Below, one piece after another: positions 1-7,012 of a DNA stretch of 15,349 nucleotides (position 1 is its first letter; each line of letters opens with the position of its first letter). The DNA is taken from positions 1 to 15,349 of the forward strand of contig JAWODB010000008.1 in assembly GCA_046483505.1 (NCBI GenBank), given 5' to 3'. A program made the position numbers and the translations under genes. The stretch is from Phycisphaerae bacterium. Its GTDB lineage: Bacteria; Planctomycetota; Phycisphaerae; FEN-1346. Under the pieces are notes generated by a model. The model did no database searches and had not been told where the DNA came from. It was given only the letters and a program-made list of their open reading frames with translations.

Positions 1-416
1 GTTCCGGAGAGCGTGCCGTCGCGGTTCGTCGACCAGTCCACCGACCGCCGGCGCGGATTGATGGCCACGACGAGTTGGACCTCCGGCTCGCGGATGCCGG
101 AGAGGTCGTCGGGCCCGAGGCCGGTGTCGCCGGCGGCCCCGCGGAAGAACGGGTGCGAGTGGAACTCGCCCACGTACGCGTGCTTCGGGAACTCCTGAAT
201 CACCCGCTGGATGATCTTCAGTTGCCGCTCGTACAGCGAGACCTGCGAGAACTTGCGTTCGGCCGTCTGGTACGCAATCGCCCCCTCGACGATGGTCTTG
301 CCCGTCAGCGAGTAGCCGAACAGGAGGCCGTAACACTCCCGGCCGTAGACCTCGGCGGCCGAGAGGATGACGCTCAGGAACGCCTGTTCGGAGAGGTAGA
401 TTTGTTCCATCGTCAT
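1..416 (-). CDS. JAB/MPN (Mov34-like) domain protein, N-terminal ~138 aa; the gene continues past the window start
   Basis: The reverse-complement translation starts MTMEQIYLSEQAFLSVILSAAEVYGRECYGLLFGY...AYVGEFHSHPFF...DDLSG. It has the conserved Glu (ECYGLLFG) and the HSHP metal-binding motif typical of prokaryotic JAB/MPN deubiquitinase-like domains. No stop occurs before the window edge. Start ATG is at 416..414, with a second in-frame ATG two codons later (410..408). Confidence 0.55.
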   Translation of the reverse strand, partial: MTMEQIYLSEQAFLSVILSAAEVYGRECYGLLFGYSLTGKTIVEGAIAYQTAERKFSQVSLYERQLKIIQRVIQEFPKHAYVGEFHSHPFFRGAAGDTGLGPDDLSGIREPEVQLVVAINPRRRSVDWSTNRDGTLSG

Positions 417-426
417 CCCCCATCGC

Positions 427-543
427 GGGTGGCACGCTTTCGCGGGCGAAAGCGTGTTTCCCGAACCGCAGCGCATGCTTTCGCAGAGGCGCGAAAGCAT
501 GCCACCCGGCGTGATGCGCGGTGGGGACGGAGACCCGCCGCGC
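427..543. repeat. Truncated copy of the composite nested-palindrome element: GGGTGGCA, two internal hairpins, TGCCACCC and the right 28-bp palindromic unit. The left unit is missing.
   Basis: Near-identical to 1736..1856. Hairpin 1 is gcacgctttcgcg-ggcg-aaagcgtg (433..455). Hairpin 2 is gcatgctttcgc-agaggcg-cgaaagcatgc (473..503). Right palindromic unit is gcgcggtggggacggagacccgccgcgc (516..543). Confidence 0.65.
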
Positions 544-732
544 TCCGCCTTCTGCACCTCCGCCTACCGCACCCGCCGCGGGAGCAGCGGGTCATCCTCC
601 GGTGCAGTGCGACCTTCGCCCCGGATGAAGATGTCCGGCCGCTTCCGCGGCCGGCTCGAACGGCGCGCCGGGCGCGGCGGCGCGGTGGGCACGACTGCCC
701 ACCGCGCTCCGCCTTCTGCACCTCCGCCTACC
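516..732. repeat. Two direct copies of a 28-bp palindromic unit plus a 25-bp tail (TCCGCCTTCTGCACCTCCGCCTACC), at 516..568 and 680..732
   Basis: Unit at 516..543 and unit variant at 680..707 (gcgcggtgggcacgactgcccaccgcgc). Each is followed by an identical 25-mer, at 544..568 and 708..732. The second tail overlaps the stop codon (728..730) of the minus-strand lipoprotein gene. Confidence 0.6.
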
Positions 733-1645
733 TCGCCCCGCGCCGCGTCAGGACCCGCTCCACGCGCCGGGCGGCGACGGCGGCGTCGGCGTCCCGGCCG
801 TCCGTCTGCTCCAGAACGGCCACGTAATGCTCGAGGGCCGCCTCCAGCCGCCCCGCCGCCTCCAGGACGGCCGCCAGGTCGAACCGCAGCGCCGCGTCGT
901 CGGGATGCTTCGTCACGGCCTCCGTCAGGAGCCGGACGGCCGTCTCCAGGTCGTCCTGCTCGGCGGCCTTGAGGCCGTCGTTGCCCAGGCCGTCCAGCGT
1001 GCCGCGCGTCCGGACCTCGGCCTCGACGGCCTGCGGCGAGAGCATCGCGACGACGTCCTCGGCACAGCCGTCCAGGAGGTCGGCCAGGATCGTATCCGTC
1101 GGCGGGACGCGGTCGGGGTCGTCCGGTCGTCCGAGGCCCAACTCGCCGCGCACCTGCGGGTCGGCCGTCGAGTCGTACGAGCGGTCGGCCTCGACGGCGA
1201 AGAGCGGTTCCTTCGTGCCGGGACGGGCCACGCGGCACGTCACGTGGGCGGAGGCCGTGCGGACGAGCGTCGGCACCTCGGCCTCCCGCCACGCCCCGGC
1301 CGCCTTGTCGTACCGGCGGACCCGGCGGGTGCCGCGCGCATCGTCCGTCTTGATCGCGACCGCGCCGGTCAAGCGGACGGCCCGGGCGCGGGTGTCGGCG
1401 TCGCCGTCGATCGCCCAGTGGCGCGAGAGGCGTTTCTGGAGTCCCTGCGTCAGGACGGCGGCGGCATCGTCGTGGCCGGGCGGGTGGACGCTGAAGTCGC
1501 CCACGCGGACCATCCGGGCGTCCTCCGGCAGGGGCACCGCCGCCGGCAGGTCGTGCCGGACCGACAGGACGGGGGCCGCGCAGCCGGCCATTGCGGCCGC
1601 GCATGTTGCCAGAAGCACCATCGTCGCCGACCGGGCTGTTGGCAT
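728..1645 (-). CDS. Lipoprotein of 305 aa with a TPR-like alpha-helical C-terminus; hypothetical
   Basis: Part of the 728..1858 minus ORF. I chose the start at the internal ATG (1645..1643), 6 nt downstream of a GGAG motif. N-terminus is MPTARSATMVLLATCAAAMAGC, a signal peptide with a lipobox Cys. Third-codon positions are high in GC. The C-terminus (AALRFDLAAVLEAAGRLEAALEHYVAVLEQ) is TPR-like. The 5' part of the ORF (1646..1858) is repeat-derived. Confidence 0.6.
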   Translation of the reverse strand: MPTARSATMVLLATCAAAMAGCAAPVLSVRHDLPAAVPLPEDARMVRVGDFSVHPPGHDDAAAVLTQGLQKRLSRHWAIDGDADTRARAVRLTGAVAIKTDDARGTRRVRRYDKAAGAWREAEVPTLVRTASAHVTCRVARPGTKEPLFAVEADRSYDSTADPQVRGELGLGRPDDPDRVPPTDTILADLLDGCAEDVVAMLSPQAVEAEVRTRGTLDGLGNDGLKAAEQDDLETAVRLLTEAVTKHPDDAALRFDLAAVLEAAGRLEAALEHYVAVLEQTDGRDADAAVAARRVERVLTRRGAR

Positions 1646-1694
1646 CGCCGTCTCCATTTTCACGATTTGCCTGACAACGCTGCACTGCGGTGTT

Positions 1695-1856
1695 GCGCGG
1701 TGGGTCTCCGTACCCACCGCGCTTCGCGACTTGGCGGGTGGCACGCTTTCGCGATGTCGCGAAAGCGTGTTCCTCGACTCGCAGCGCACGCTTTCGCAGA
1801 GGCGCGAAAGCATGCCACCCGGCCTGTTGCGCGGCGGGTGCGGAGACCCGCCGCGC
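1695..1856. repeat. Full-length 162-bp composite MITE-like element with 28-bp palindromic units as inverted termini enclosing GGGTGGCA, two hairpins and TGCCACCC
   Basis: Left unit gcgcggtgggtctccgtacccaccgcgc (1695..1722). Right unit gcgcggcgggtgcggagacccgccgcgc (1829..1856) is approximately its reverse complement. Internal 13-bp-stem hairpin gcacgctttcgcg-atgt-cgcgaaagcgtg (1741..1770). Second hairpin 1787..1813. Inverted GGGTGGCA (1736..1743) and TGCCACCC (1813..1820). Additional flanking inverted repeat ctgcggtgtt (1685..1694) / acgccgcag (1857..1865). Confidence 0.75.
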
Positions 1857-1947
1857 ACGCCGCAGCAAGGGGCTCGCCCGACCCGCCTATGGTACTACCC
1901 CGTCCGGGCCGGGTGCAACGGGCAGTTGGATGGGTTTCGGCAGTTTG

Positions 1948-1977
1948 TTGATTCCGCCCGCACCGCTGCGCTATACT
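1948..1977 (+). promoter_or_regulatory. Putative sigma-70-type promoter for the GH16 gene: TTGATT-18-TATACT
   Basis: ttgatt at 1948..1953 and tatact at 1972..1977, about 38 nt upstream of the ATG at 2016. AGGAGG Shine-Dalgarno at 2005..2010. Confidence 0.35.
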
Positions 1978-2015
1978 GGTGGCGAACCCGGACGCCGCAC
2001 CGCCCAGGAGGCCGC

Positions 2016-2861
2016 ATGAGACGCCTCGCCGCCGCCATCCTTCTGTGGATTCTCGTCCCGGTCGCCGCCCTCGCCGTCGGCCTCGCCCTGTTCGACGGGG
2101 GCCGCCTCGCGGCGGCCTCGCCCGAATTGCCGAAGGCCGAGCGCGAGGCCCAGTTCCTCCCGCCCGCCCCCGAAGGCGAGGCGTGGGTGCTCGTCTGGCA
2201 CGACGAGTTCGACGGCAAGGAAATCGATCAATCGCAATGGGAGATCATGGGCGACTGGCGGCGCCGCGACGGCTTCTGGGTCAAGAGCGATGCCTACCTC
2301 GACGGCGAAGGCCGCCTCGTCCTCCGCACCCGCAAACAGGGCGACCGGTTCACCTCCGGCGCCATGCGCACCCAGGGCAAGTTCGAGCACCGGTTCGGGT
2401 ACTGGGAGTGCCGGTGCAAGTTCCCGTCGGAGGTGGGCCACTGGCCGGCGTTCTGGCTGTTCTCGCGTCCCGGCGTGACGAAGGTCGGCAACGAGGGCCG
2501 CGACGGCACCGAGATCGACATCATGGAAAAACCGTTCCGCGACGCCCGCACCAACCACGCCCTGCACTGGGACGGGTACGGCAAGCATCACAAGTCGGCC
2601 GCCAAGCACTTCGAGTTCCCCGGCCTGATGAAGGGCTGGCACACCTTCGGCCTCCACTGGTCGCCGGACGAGTACGTCTTCTACGTGGACGGCAAGGAGA
2701 CGTGGCGGACGAAGGCGGGCGGCGTGTCGCAGGTGCCGGCGTTCGTGAAATTGACCGAGGAGATCGGCCCGTGGGCCGGCGATATCAAGCAGGCGAACCT
2801 GCCCGACCATACGCTCTTCGATTACGTCCGGGTGTTTGATTTGAAGAGCCGGGTGAAGTGA
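2016..2861 (+). CDS. Glycoside hydrolase family 16 (beta-1,3/1,3-1,4-glucanase or laminarinase-like), 281 aa, with an N-terminal signal or anchor
   Basis: AGGAGG Shine-Dalgarno 6 nt upstream of the ATG. N-terminus is hydrophobic (MRRLAAAILLWILVPVAALAVGLA). Carries the canonical GH16 catalytic motif E-I-D-I-M-E (GTEIDIMEKP) plus WHTFGLHWSPDEYVFYVDG. The upstream part of ORF 969..2861 is repeat or intergenic and not coding. Confidence 0.85.
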   Translation: MRRLAAAILLWILVPVAALAVGLALFDGGRLAAASPELPKAEREAQFLPPAPEGEAWVLVWHDEFDGKEIDQSQWEIMGDWRRRDGFWVKSDAYLDGEGRLVLRTRKQGDRFTSGAMRTQGKFEHRFGYWECRCKFPSEVGHWPAFWLFSRPGVTKVGNEGRDGTEIDIMEKPFRDARTNHALHWDGYGKHHKSAAKHFEFPGLMKGWHTFGLHWSPDEYVFYVDGKETWRTKAGGVSQVPAFVKLTEEIGPWAGDIKQANLPDHTLFDYVRVFDLKSRVK

Positions 2862-2872
2862 ACGAGAAGTGA

Positions 2873-2960
2873 TCGCGGTGGGTCTCCGTACCCGCCGCGC
2901 GGCGACGCACGGCCGGACAAGGCCGGCCGTGGCACGCGGCGCGCCACATTGAGCCGCCGG
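2873..2960. repeat. Composite element type 2: palindromic unit, then hairpin CACGGCCGG-acaagg-CCGGCCGTG, then the motif GCGCCACATTGAGCCGCCGG
   Basis: Palindromic unit cgcggtgggtctccgtacccgccgcgc (2873..2900). Module ggcgacgcacggccggacaaggccggccgtggcacgc (2901..2937). 20-mer gcgccacattgagccgccgg (2941..2960). Sits immediately 3' of the GH16 stop and is followed by the small hairpin gcccgcc-acg-ggcgggt (2961..2977). Confidence 0.6.
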
Positions 2961-3030
2961 GCCCGCCACGGGCGGGTAAACTTGCCCGGCGCGTTCGTCA
3001 CGGGGTGACCATCATCGCCGGAGCCAAACC

Positions 3031-4011
3031 ATGACACGATGCACAATCCTGACGATTCTCGCGGCCGTCGCGGCCGGCGCCGCCGGCTGCGGGGCGCAGG
3101 GCATCCTCCTGGGCACCGACGGCGAGTACCTCCTGACCGTCCGCGACGCCGTCGCCCCTCCCGGTGAGGAAGTCGGGCTCGTCGCGCGGCTGCAGGAGGG
3201 CGACCTCCTGCGCGGCCGGCAGGGGCACGTCCTGCGGTTCAAGCGCGGCGAGGATCTCTTCAAGGCCGCCGAGACCGACGCCGACGGCGTGGCCCGCGTC
3301 ACCTTCACGCCCGAGGCGGCGGGCGACCACGTCTTCACGGTCGAGGTGGCGGCCGCCGGCCTGCCCGACGACCCGCCCGACCCCCGCGACCTCCTCGTCG
3401 CCTGCCGGAGCCCGGACACGCGCATGGTCATCTGCGACCTCGACAAGACGGTCGTGGCGTCCGGCTTCCAGACGGTCCTTCTGGGCAACCCGGACCCGAT
3501 GCCGGGCTCCGTGGACGTGCTGAAGCGCCTGGCGGCCGACCGCACCGTCATCTACCTGACGCACCGGCCGGACTACTTCGGCCCGAAGAGCAAACGGTGG
3601 CTCTGGGCCCAGGGGTATCCGCGCGGGCCCGTGCTCCTGTCGACGGAGAGTTCGTTCCTGAAGGGCAGCGGCACGTTCAAGCGCGAGATGCTCCAGACGC
3701 TGAAGAAGGACTTCGCGAAGATCGAGGTCGGCATCGGCGACAAGTTCTCCGACGTCGAGGCGTACCATGCGGCCGGGCTGACGGGCATCCTGGTTCTGCC
3801 CATCCCGGACGACCCGTCGGCCGAGACGTTGGAGGACCTGGCCGAGCAGGTGGCGGCCCTGCCCGGGGCCATCCACGTGGTCACCGGCTGGGACCAGGTG
3901 GAAGCGATCCTGTTCGACGGCGAGTCGTATCCGCCCGGCCCGATGGCGAAGGACCTCCGCGACCGCGCCGCGGCCAAGAAGAAGGAAGAGGAAGCCGCCG
4001 AGGAGAAGTGA
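3031..4011 (+). CDS. Exported lipoprotein with an N-terminal beta-sandwich-like region and a C-terminal HAD phosphatase domain of the LNS2/App1 (lipin-like phosphatidate phosphatase) type
   Basis: GGAG motif 7 nt upstream. N-terminus MTRCTILTILAAVAAGAAGC is a lipobox signal. HAD motif I is DLDKT (VICDLDKTVV), motif II LTHRP, motif IV GIGDKFSDVEAY. The segment YPRGPVLLST...FK...GIGDKFSDVEAY resembles the lipin LNS2 signature (LPxGPxLLSP...FGNRxTDxxSY). The C-terminal tail is Lys/Glu-rich. Confidence 0.8.
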   Translation: MTRCTILTILAAVAAGAAGCGAQGILLGTDGEYLLTVRDAVAPPGEEVGLVARLQEGDLLRGRQGHVLRFKRGEDLFKAAETDADGVARVTFTPEAAGDHVFTVEVAAAGLPDDPPDPRDLLVACRSPDTRMVICDLDKTVVASGFQTVLLGNPDPMPGSVDVLKRLAADRTVIYLTHRPDYFGPKSKRWLWAQGYPRGPVLLSTESSFLKGSGTFKREMLQTLKKDFAKIEVGIGDKFSDVEAYHAAGLTGILVLPIPDDPSAETLEDLAEQVAALPGAIHVVTGWDQVEAILFDGESYPPGPMAKDLRDRAAAKKKEEEAAEEK

Positions 4012-4020
4012 ACCCTCGCG

Positions 4021-4143
4021 GCGCCACATTCAGCCGCCGGTGCGGGCACGAGTGAGCGCGGTGCGTCTCCGTACCCACCGCGCGGCGACGCACGGCCGGC
4101 CTTGTCCGGCCGTGGCACGCACCGTGCCACATTCAGCCGCCGC
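4021..4143. repeat. Composite element type 2, flanked on both sides by the GCCACATTCAGCCGCCG motif
   Basis: gcgccacattcagccgccgg (4021..4040). Palindromic unit gcgcggtgcgtctccgtacccaccgcgc (4056..4083). Module ggcgacgcacggccggccttgtccggccgtggcacgc (4084..4120), whose hairpin loop is the reverse complement of the copy at 2911..2929. Second flank gtgccacattcagccgccgcc (4123..4143). Confidence 0.6.
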
Positions 4144-4177
4144 CCTTGCGCGGCGCGTAGATTGTGAGGAGCCGCCT

Positions 4178-5635
4178 ATGCGCCACACCGCCCTCCTGCT
4201 CACCGCCGCCTGCCTCGCCTGCGCCGGCTGCATCGGCTCGGAGCAACTCGACCCCGGCGACCTGGACCGGTGGTCGGCCCTGAACGCCGACGCCTCCGCC
4301 GAGGCTCTTGGGCCGCGCGCCGCGCTCGAGGTGGCCGGCCGGCGGCTGCCGAACCGGTGGGTCTTCCGCCAGCACCCGAGCCTCGTGTGGTCGGCGATCT
4401 CGATTGTCCGGGCGCGCGAGCGGCTCGCGGAGGAGGCCGAGGAGATCGAGATCCTCATCAGCCCGGACCACGCGAGGGAACTGGCCGACCTGATGGCCCG
4501 CGGCCGCGAGTCGCTCCAAGAGATGCGCGAGGTCTGCGAGTTCGACGAGGAGATCGACGTCCCGCGGTGGGCCGACGGCATGGCCGCCGCCCTCGCGGGC
4601 CTCGAGGACGTTGCCCGGACCGTGGCGGCGGGACCGGCGGAGGCGGCCCGCGGCCGGGAGCCGCTCGGCGCCTCGGCCGCCCCCGTCCTCGACATGCTCG
4701 TCCAGTACCTGAACCAGCGGGCGGGCGGGATGCTGCTGGCGGACGTGGATCCGGAGGACCTGCACCGCGTGCGGGTGGTCCTCGCGCAGACGGTCCTTCA
4801 GGTCGGGTTCGCGGCGGCGGGGCGGCGGCCGCAGGAGGGGCTCCGCGAGGCCGTCGTCGACGCCATGCAGACGGCCGAGCCGCCCGACGCCGCCAAGGCC
4901 CCCCTCGCCGAGATGCTCAGCCGGGCCGTCGAGCAGGCGCCGCCCGCCTCGGCGGGCAGCGGGGGTCTGGCGGGGCCCGTCCGGGCGGTCCTCTCGTACG
5001 CGCCCAAGGCCCTCCAGGCCTTCGAGATGCTGGCCCGACAGTGGGACCGCATGGACCACGTCGCCTTCGAATTCCACACGCAGGGCGAGGAGACGGTCGT
5101 GGCGGCGACCCTGGCCGTCCGCGACGGGCAGGAGGTCCGCCTCGAAGATATGATCATGTTTCAGCCCGTCCTGGCGTTTCGCGGGACGAGCCGCGTGGCC
5201 GTCGTGCCCGACCTTTCGCCGACCGGCGAGACGGTCGTGGCGTTCCAGCCGGTCACCGCTCCCGCGAAGGACGGGAAGGGCGACGCCGGCGAGGCGGCGC
5301 CCGGCGGCGTCGAAATGCGGTTCGAGGGGCTGGTCTGGGGCCTGGCGAAACTCTTCGCCCTTCCGCTCGCCGACGGGCGGCTGCGCGAGGTCCGCGTCTT
5401 CGTCGGCGAGCCGGGCGAGGCCGACCGCATCATCAACGTGGCCGTCGTGATGGAGGCGACGGGCGGGGGAGAGGACCCCCGACGGGTCCTGCACTTCCAG
5501 GACGTCCGCCGCCGCCGGCGCGAGCGCGGGCCGTTCGACATCCGCACCGTCACGGAGCGCGAGGAACAGGTCTTCAACTACCTGACGCCCGAGAAGCGGT
5601 ACACGTTCACGCGGACGAAGAGGGCTGAGGAGTAG
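4178..5635 (+). CDS. Hypothetical lipoprotein, 485 aa, Ala/Glu/Arg-rich, with no recognisable catalytic motif
   Basis: GAGGAG Shine-Dalgarno 7 nt upstream of the ATG at 4178. N-terminus MRHTALLLTAACLACAGCIGS has a lipobox. Third-codon GC is high throughout. The ORF-track start at 4040 lies inside the repeat element and has no signal peptide, so I rejected it. Confidence 0.7.
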   Translation: MRHTALLLTAACLACAGCIGSEQLDPGDLDRWSALNADASAEALGPRAALEVAGRRLPNRWVFRQHPSLVWSAISIVRARERLAEEAEEIEILISPDHARELADLMARGRESLQEMREVCEFDEEIDVPRWADGMAAALAGLEDVARTVAAGPAEAARGREPLGASAAPVLDMLVQYLNQRAGGMLLADVDPEDLHRVRVVLAQTVLQVGFAAAGRRPQEGLREAVVDAMQTAEPPDAAKAPLAEMLSRAVEQAPPASAGSGGLAGPVRAVLSYAPKALQAFEMLARQWDRMDHVAFEFHTQGEETVVAATLAVRDGQEVRLEDMIMFQPVLAFRGTSRVAVVPDLSPTGETVVAFQPVTAPAKDGKGDAGEAAPGGVEMRFEGLVWGLAKLFALPLADGRLREVRVFVGEPGEADRIINVAVVMEATGGGEDPRRVLHFQDVRRRRRERGPFDIRTVTEREEQVFNYLTPEKRYTFTRTKRAEE

Positions 5636-5652
5636 GCCCCGCCGCGCGTTGA

Positions 5653-5675
5653 GCCGGCGACGGCACGTCGCCGGC
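5653..5675 (+). terminator. GC-rich hairpin gccggcgac-ggcac-gtcgccggc, 18 nt after the lipoprotein stop; possible terminator with no U-tract
   Basis: Perfect 9-bp inverted repeat directly downstream of the stop at 5633..5635. It lacks a T-run, as often happens in high-GC genomes. Confidence 0.3.
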
Positions 5676-5685
5676 CGTTGGCCGC

Positions 5686-5762
5686 CGCGCGGTGCCCAAG
5701 ACTGGGCACCGCGCGATATCGGCCTTACGAGACCTCATGGCCACCCGACATCGGGTGGCCAT
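5686..5762. repeat. Two further perfect palindromes, forming an intergenic hairpin cluster with 5653..5675
   Basis: cgcgcggtgccca-agac-tgggcaccgcgcg (5686..5715) resembles the palindromic unit but has a different inner stem. atggccacccga-ca-tcgggtggccat (5737..5762) has a 12-bp stem. Confidence 0.4.
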
Positions 5763-5938
5763 GCCACCCGCCATAAAACGCGGACCACCCTGTCTTTCTC
5801 ATGCGGCCGAAAATCTCTTGCCGCCCGTTCCTCCTCGGGGTAGGCTGCGCCCGTATCGACGGGCTTCTTTATCTGTGAATAACGCCCGCCCGGCGTGCGT
5901 ACAGGGAGTGAATCGGGCACGAGCCCGGGGAGGCGACC

Positions 5939-6817
5939 ATGCAGCGGCTCCTGGCAGCGGCGCGGCCGGCGGCGGGGCCCGCCCGCAGACCTGCGTACCG
6001 GCCGCGGCGGAGGGCGCCGGCCGGTGTCCTCGTAGCGATGGCGATGCTCGCGCCGCTCGTCCTCTGCGCCGGGTGCGGCTGGCTCGGCGGCGAGGAGGAG
6101 ACGGCCGAGGGCTGGTGGGCCGGTCTCTCGACGGCCGCCAAGGTCTTCTTCGGCATCGCGTTCGTCTTCAGCGCCCTGTTCCTGTGGCAGTTCATCATGA
6201 CGCTCGTCGGCCTGGCGGGCGGCGGGGCCGACGCCGAGGTCGGTGCCGGCGATACCGACGTCCACTTCGGCGCCGAGGCCGGTGAGGCCGACGCCGGTGC
6301 CCTGGACGCCCACGTCGGCGACGTCGACGTGGGGGCCGAGGTCGGCGACGTGGATGTAGCCGACGCCGACGCGCACGGTTTCGCGGTGTCCGAGGCCGAG
6401 ACGACGATCAGTTTCAAACTCCTCTCGCTCCGCTCCATCATCACGGGGGGGATGCTCTTCGGATGGGCCGGCGCCCTGTACGTCCAGGAAGGCGTGCCGC
6501 TCGGCACGGCGATGCTCCTGGCCATGGCGTGGGCCGCCGCCGGGGCCCTCGTCGTGGCGGCCCTGATGTACGGGATGCGGCGGATGCAGGAGACCGGCAA
6601 CCGCCGCCTCGCCACGTGCGTCGGGCAGCCGGGGTCGGTGTATATGGATATTCCGAAGTCAGGCACGGGCCAGGTGCGGACGGTCGTCAGCGGGGCGGTG
6701 GCGTTCGTGCCGGCCCGGACGGCGGACGGCAAGCCGCTGAAGGTCGGCACGCCCGTCCGCGTTCGCCGCTTGCTCGACGCCTCGACGGTGGAGGTCGAGG
6801 CCGTGAAGGACCAGTAA
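5939..6817 (+). CDS. NfeD-like (YqiJ/YuaF-type) membrane protein, the flotillin partner, with a C-terminal OB-fold beta-barrel
   Basis: GGGGAGG Shine-Dalgarno upstream of the ATG at 5939. Alternative starts at 6038 or 6044 would give MAMLAPLVLCAGC, a lipobox-like start. Four predicted TM helices (FFGIAFVFSALFLWQFIMTLVGLAG; MLFGWAGALY; AMLLAMAWAAAGALVVAALMYGM). C-terminus VYMDIPKSGTGQVRTVVSGAVAFVPARTADGKPLKVGTPVRVRRLLDASTVEVEAV matches the NfeD OB-fold. Lies directly upstream of a flotillin gene. Contains an unusual Asp/His/Ala/Gly/Val-rich acidic tract (residues ~95-155). Confidence 0.75.
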   Translation: MQRLLAAARPAAGPARRPAYRPRRRAPAGVLVAMAMLAPLVLCAGCGWLGGEEETAEGWWAGLSTAAKVFFGIAFVFSALFLWQFIMTLVGLAGGGADAEVGAGDTDVHFGAEAGEADAGALDAHVGDVDVGAEVGDVDVADADAHGFAVSEAETTISFKLLSLRSIITGGMLFGWAGALYVQEGVPLGTAMLLAMAWAAAGALVVAALMYGMRRMQETGNRRLATCVGQPGSVYMDIPKSGTGQVRTVVSGAVAFVPARTADGKPLKVGTPVRVRRLLDASTVEVEAVKDQ

Positions 6818-6862
6818 GGGTGGTCCAACTGACGAGGGCTTTTGGCATGCATGTCATGCTGA

Positions 6863-6920
6863 GGTCCCGCTTGCGGGACCGGAGAATCTCGCCGCGGGAG
6901 CAGCATCAAGGCGAGATTCT
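6863..6920 (+). promoter_or_regulatory. Two hairpins in the nfeD-floT spacer: ggtcccgc-tt-gcgggacc (6863..6880) and an 11-bp-stem hairpin agaatctcgcc-16nt-ggcgagattct (6883..6920)
   Basis: Inverted repeats read directly from the sequence. They lie 46 nt after the nfeD stop and ~95 nt before the floT start. May act as an attenuator, an intercistronic processing site or a terminator. Confidence 0.3.
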
Positions 6921-7012
6921 TCGTCGCGGCTTCGCCGCTCCTCAGAATGACACTCTCGCGCCTTGCCTTTCCAGGAAGAAATGACCGACGGACCGAACGA
7001 AAGGGGGCCCCG

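Noticed and set aside
75-972. Plus-strand ORFs 75..827 (250 aa) and 454..972 (172 aa), and minus ORF 413..721
   Set aside because: They run antisense to the JAB gene and straight through the palindromic repeat elements. Their translations are Arg/Pro/Ala-rich, low-complexity artefacts of 70% GC, with no start context.
1646-1858. N-terminal extension of the minus lipoprotein ORF starting MRGGSPHPPR...VGTETHRA
   Set aside because: The sequence is a translation of the repeat element. The same peptide motifs (GGYGDPPR, RGGSPHPPR, VGTETHRA) recur in at least 8 unrelated ORFs wherever the 28-bp unit occurs.
564-1951. Long ORFs 564..1868 (-, 434 aa) and 827..1951 (+, 374 aa) overlapping the lipoprotein gene
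   Set aside because: Alternative frames of the real 728..1645 minus-strand gene. Their products are extreme Arg/Gly/Pro polymers and they traverse repeat elements.
969-2015. N-terminal 349-codon extension of the GH16 ORF, which would give 630 aa
   Set aside because: The extension crosses the full palindromic element and the antisense lipoprotein gene. The real start at 2016 has an AGGAGG Shine-Dalgarno and a signal peptide.
1971-4130. Antisense ORFs 1971..2969, 1979..2839, 2998..4029, 3012..3551, 3164..3523, 3573..4130
   Set aside because: They overlap the well-supported GH16 and HAD genes on the other strand or frame and have low-complexity RG/PA composition.
4040-4177. Upstream start of the 531-aa version of the lipoprotein ORF
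   Set aside because: It begins inside the repeat element (MRARVSAVRLRTHRAA). The internal start at 4178 has a GAGGAG Shine-Dalgarno and a lipobox signal.
4133-5628. ORFs 4133..5494 (-, 453 aa) and 4270..5628 (+, 452 aa)
   Set aside because: Alternative frames of gene 4178..5635 with GRGRP-type low-complexity translations.
6848-6988. 46-codon ORF (MHVMLRSRLRDRR...) in the nfeD-floT spacer
   Set aside because: No Shine-Dalgarno motif, and it overlaps two strong hairpins. More likely structured non-coding RNA or a leader.
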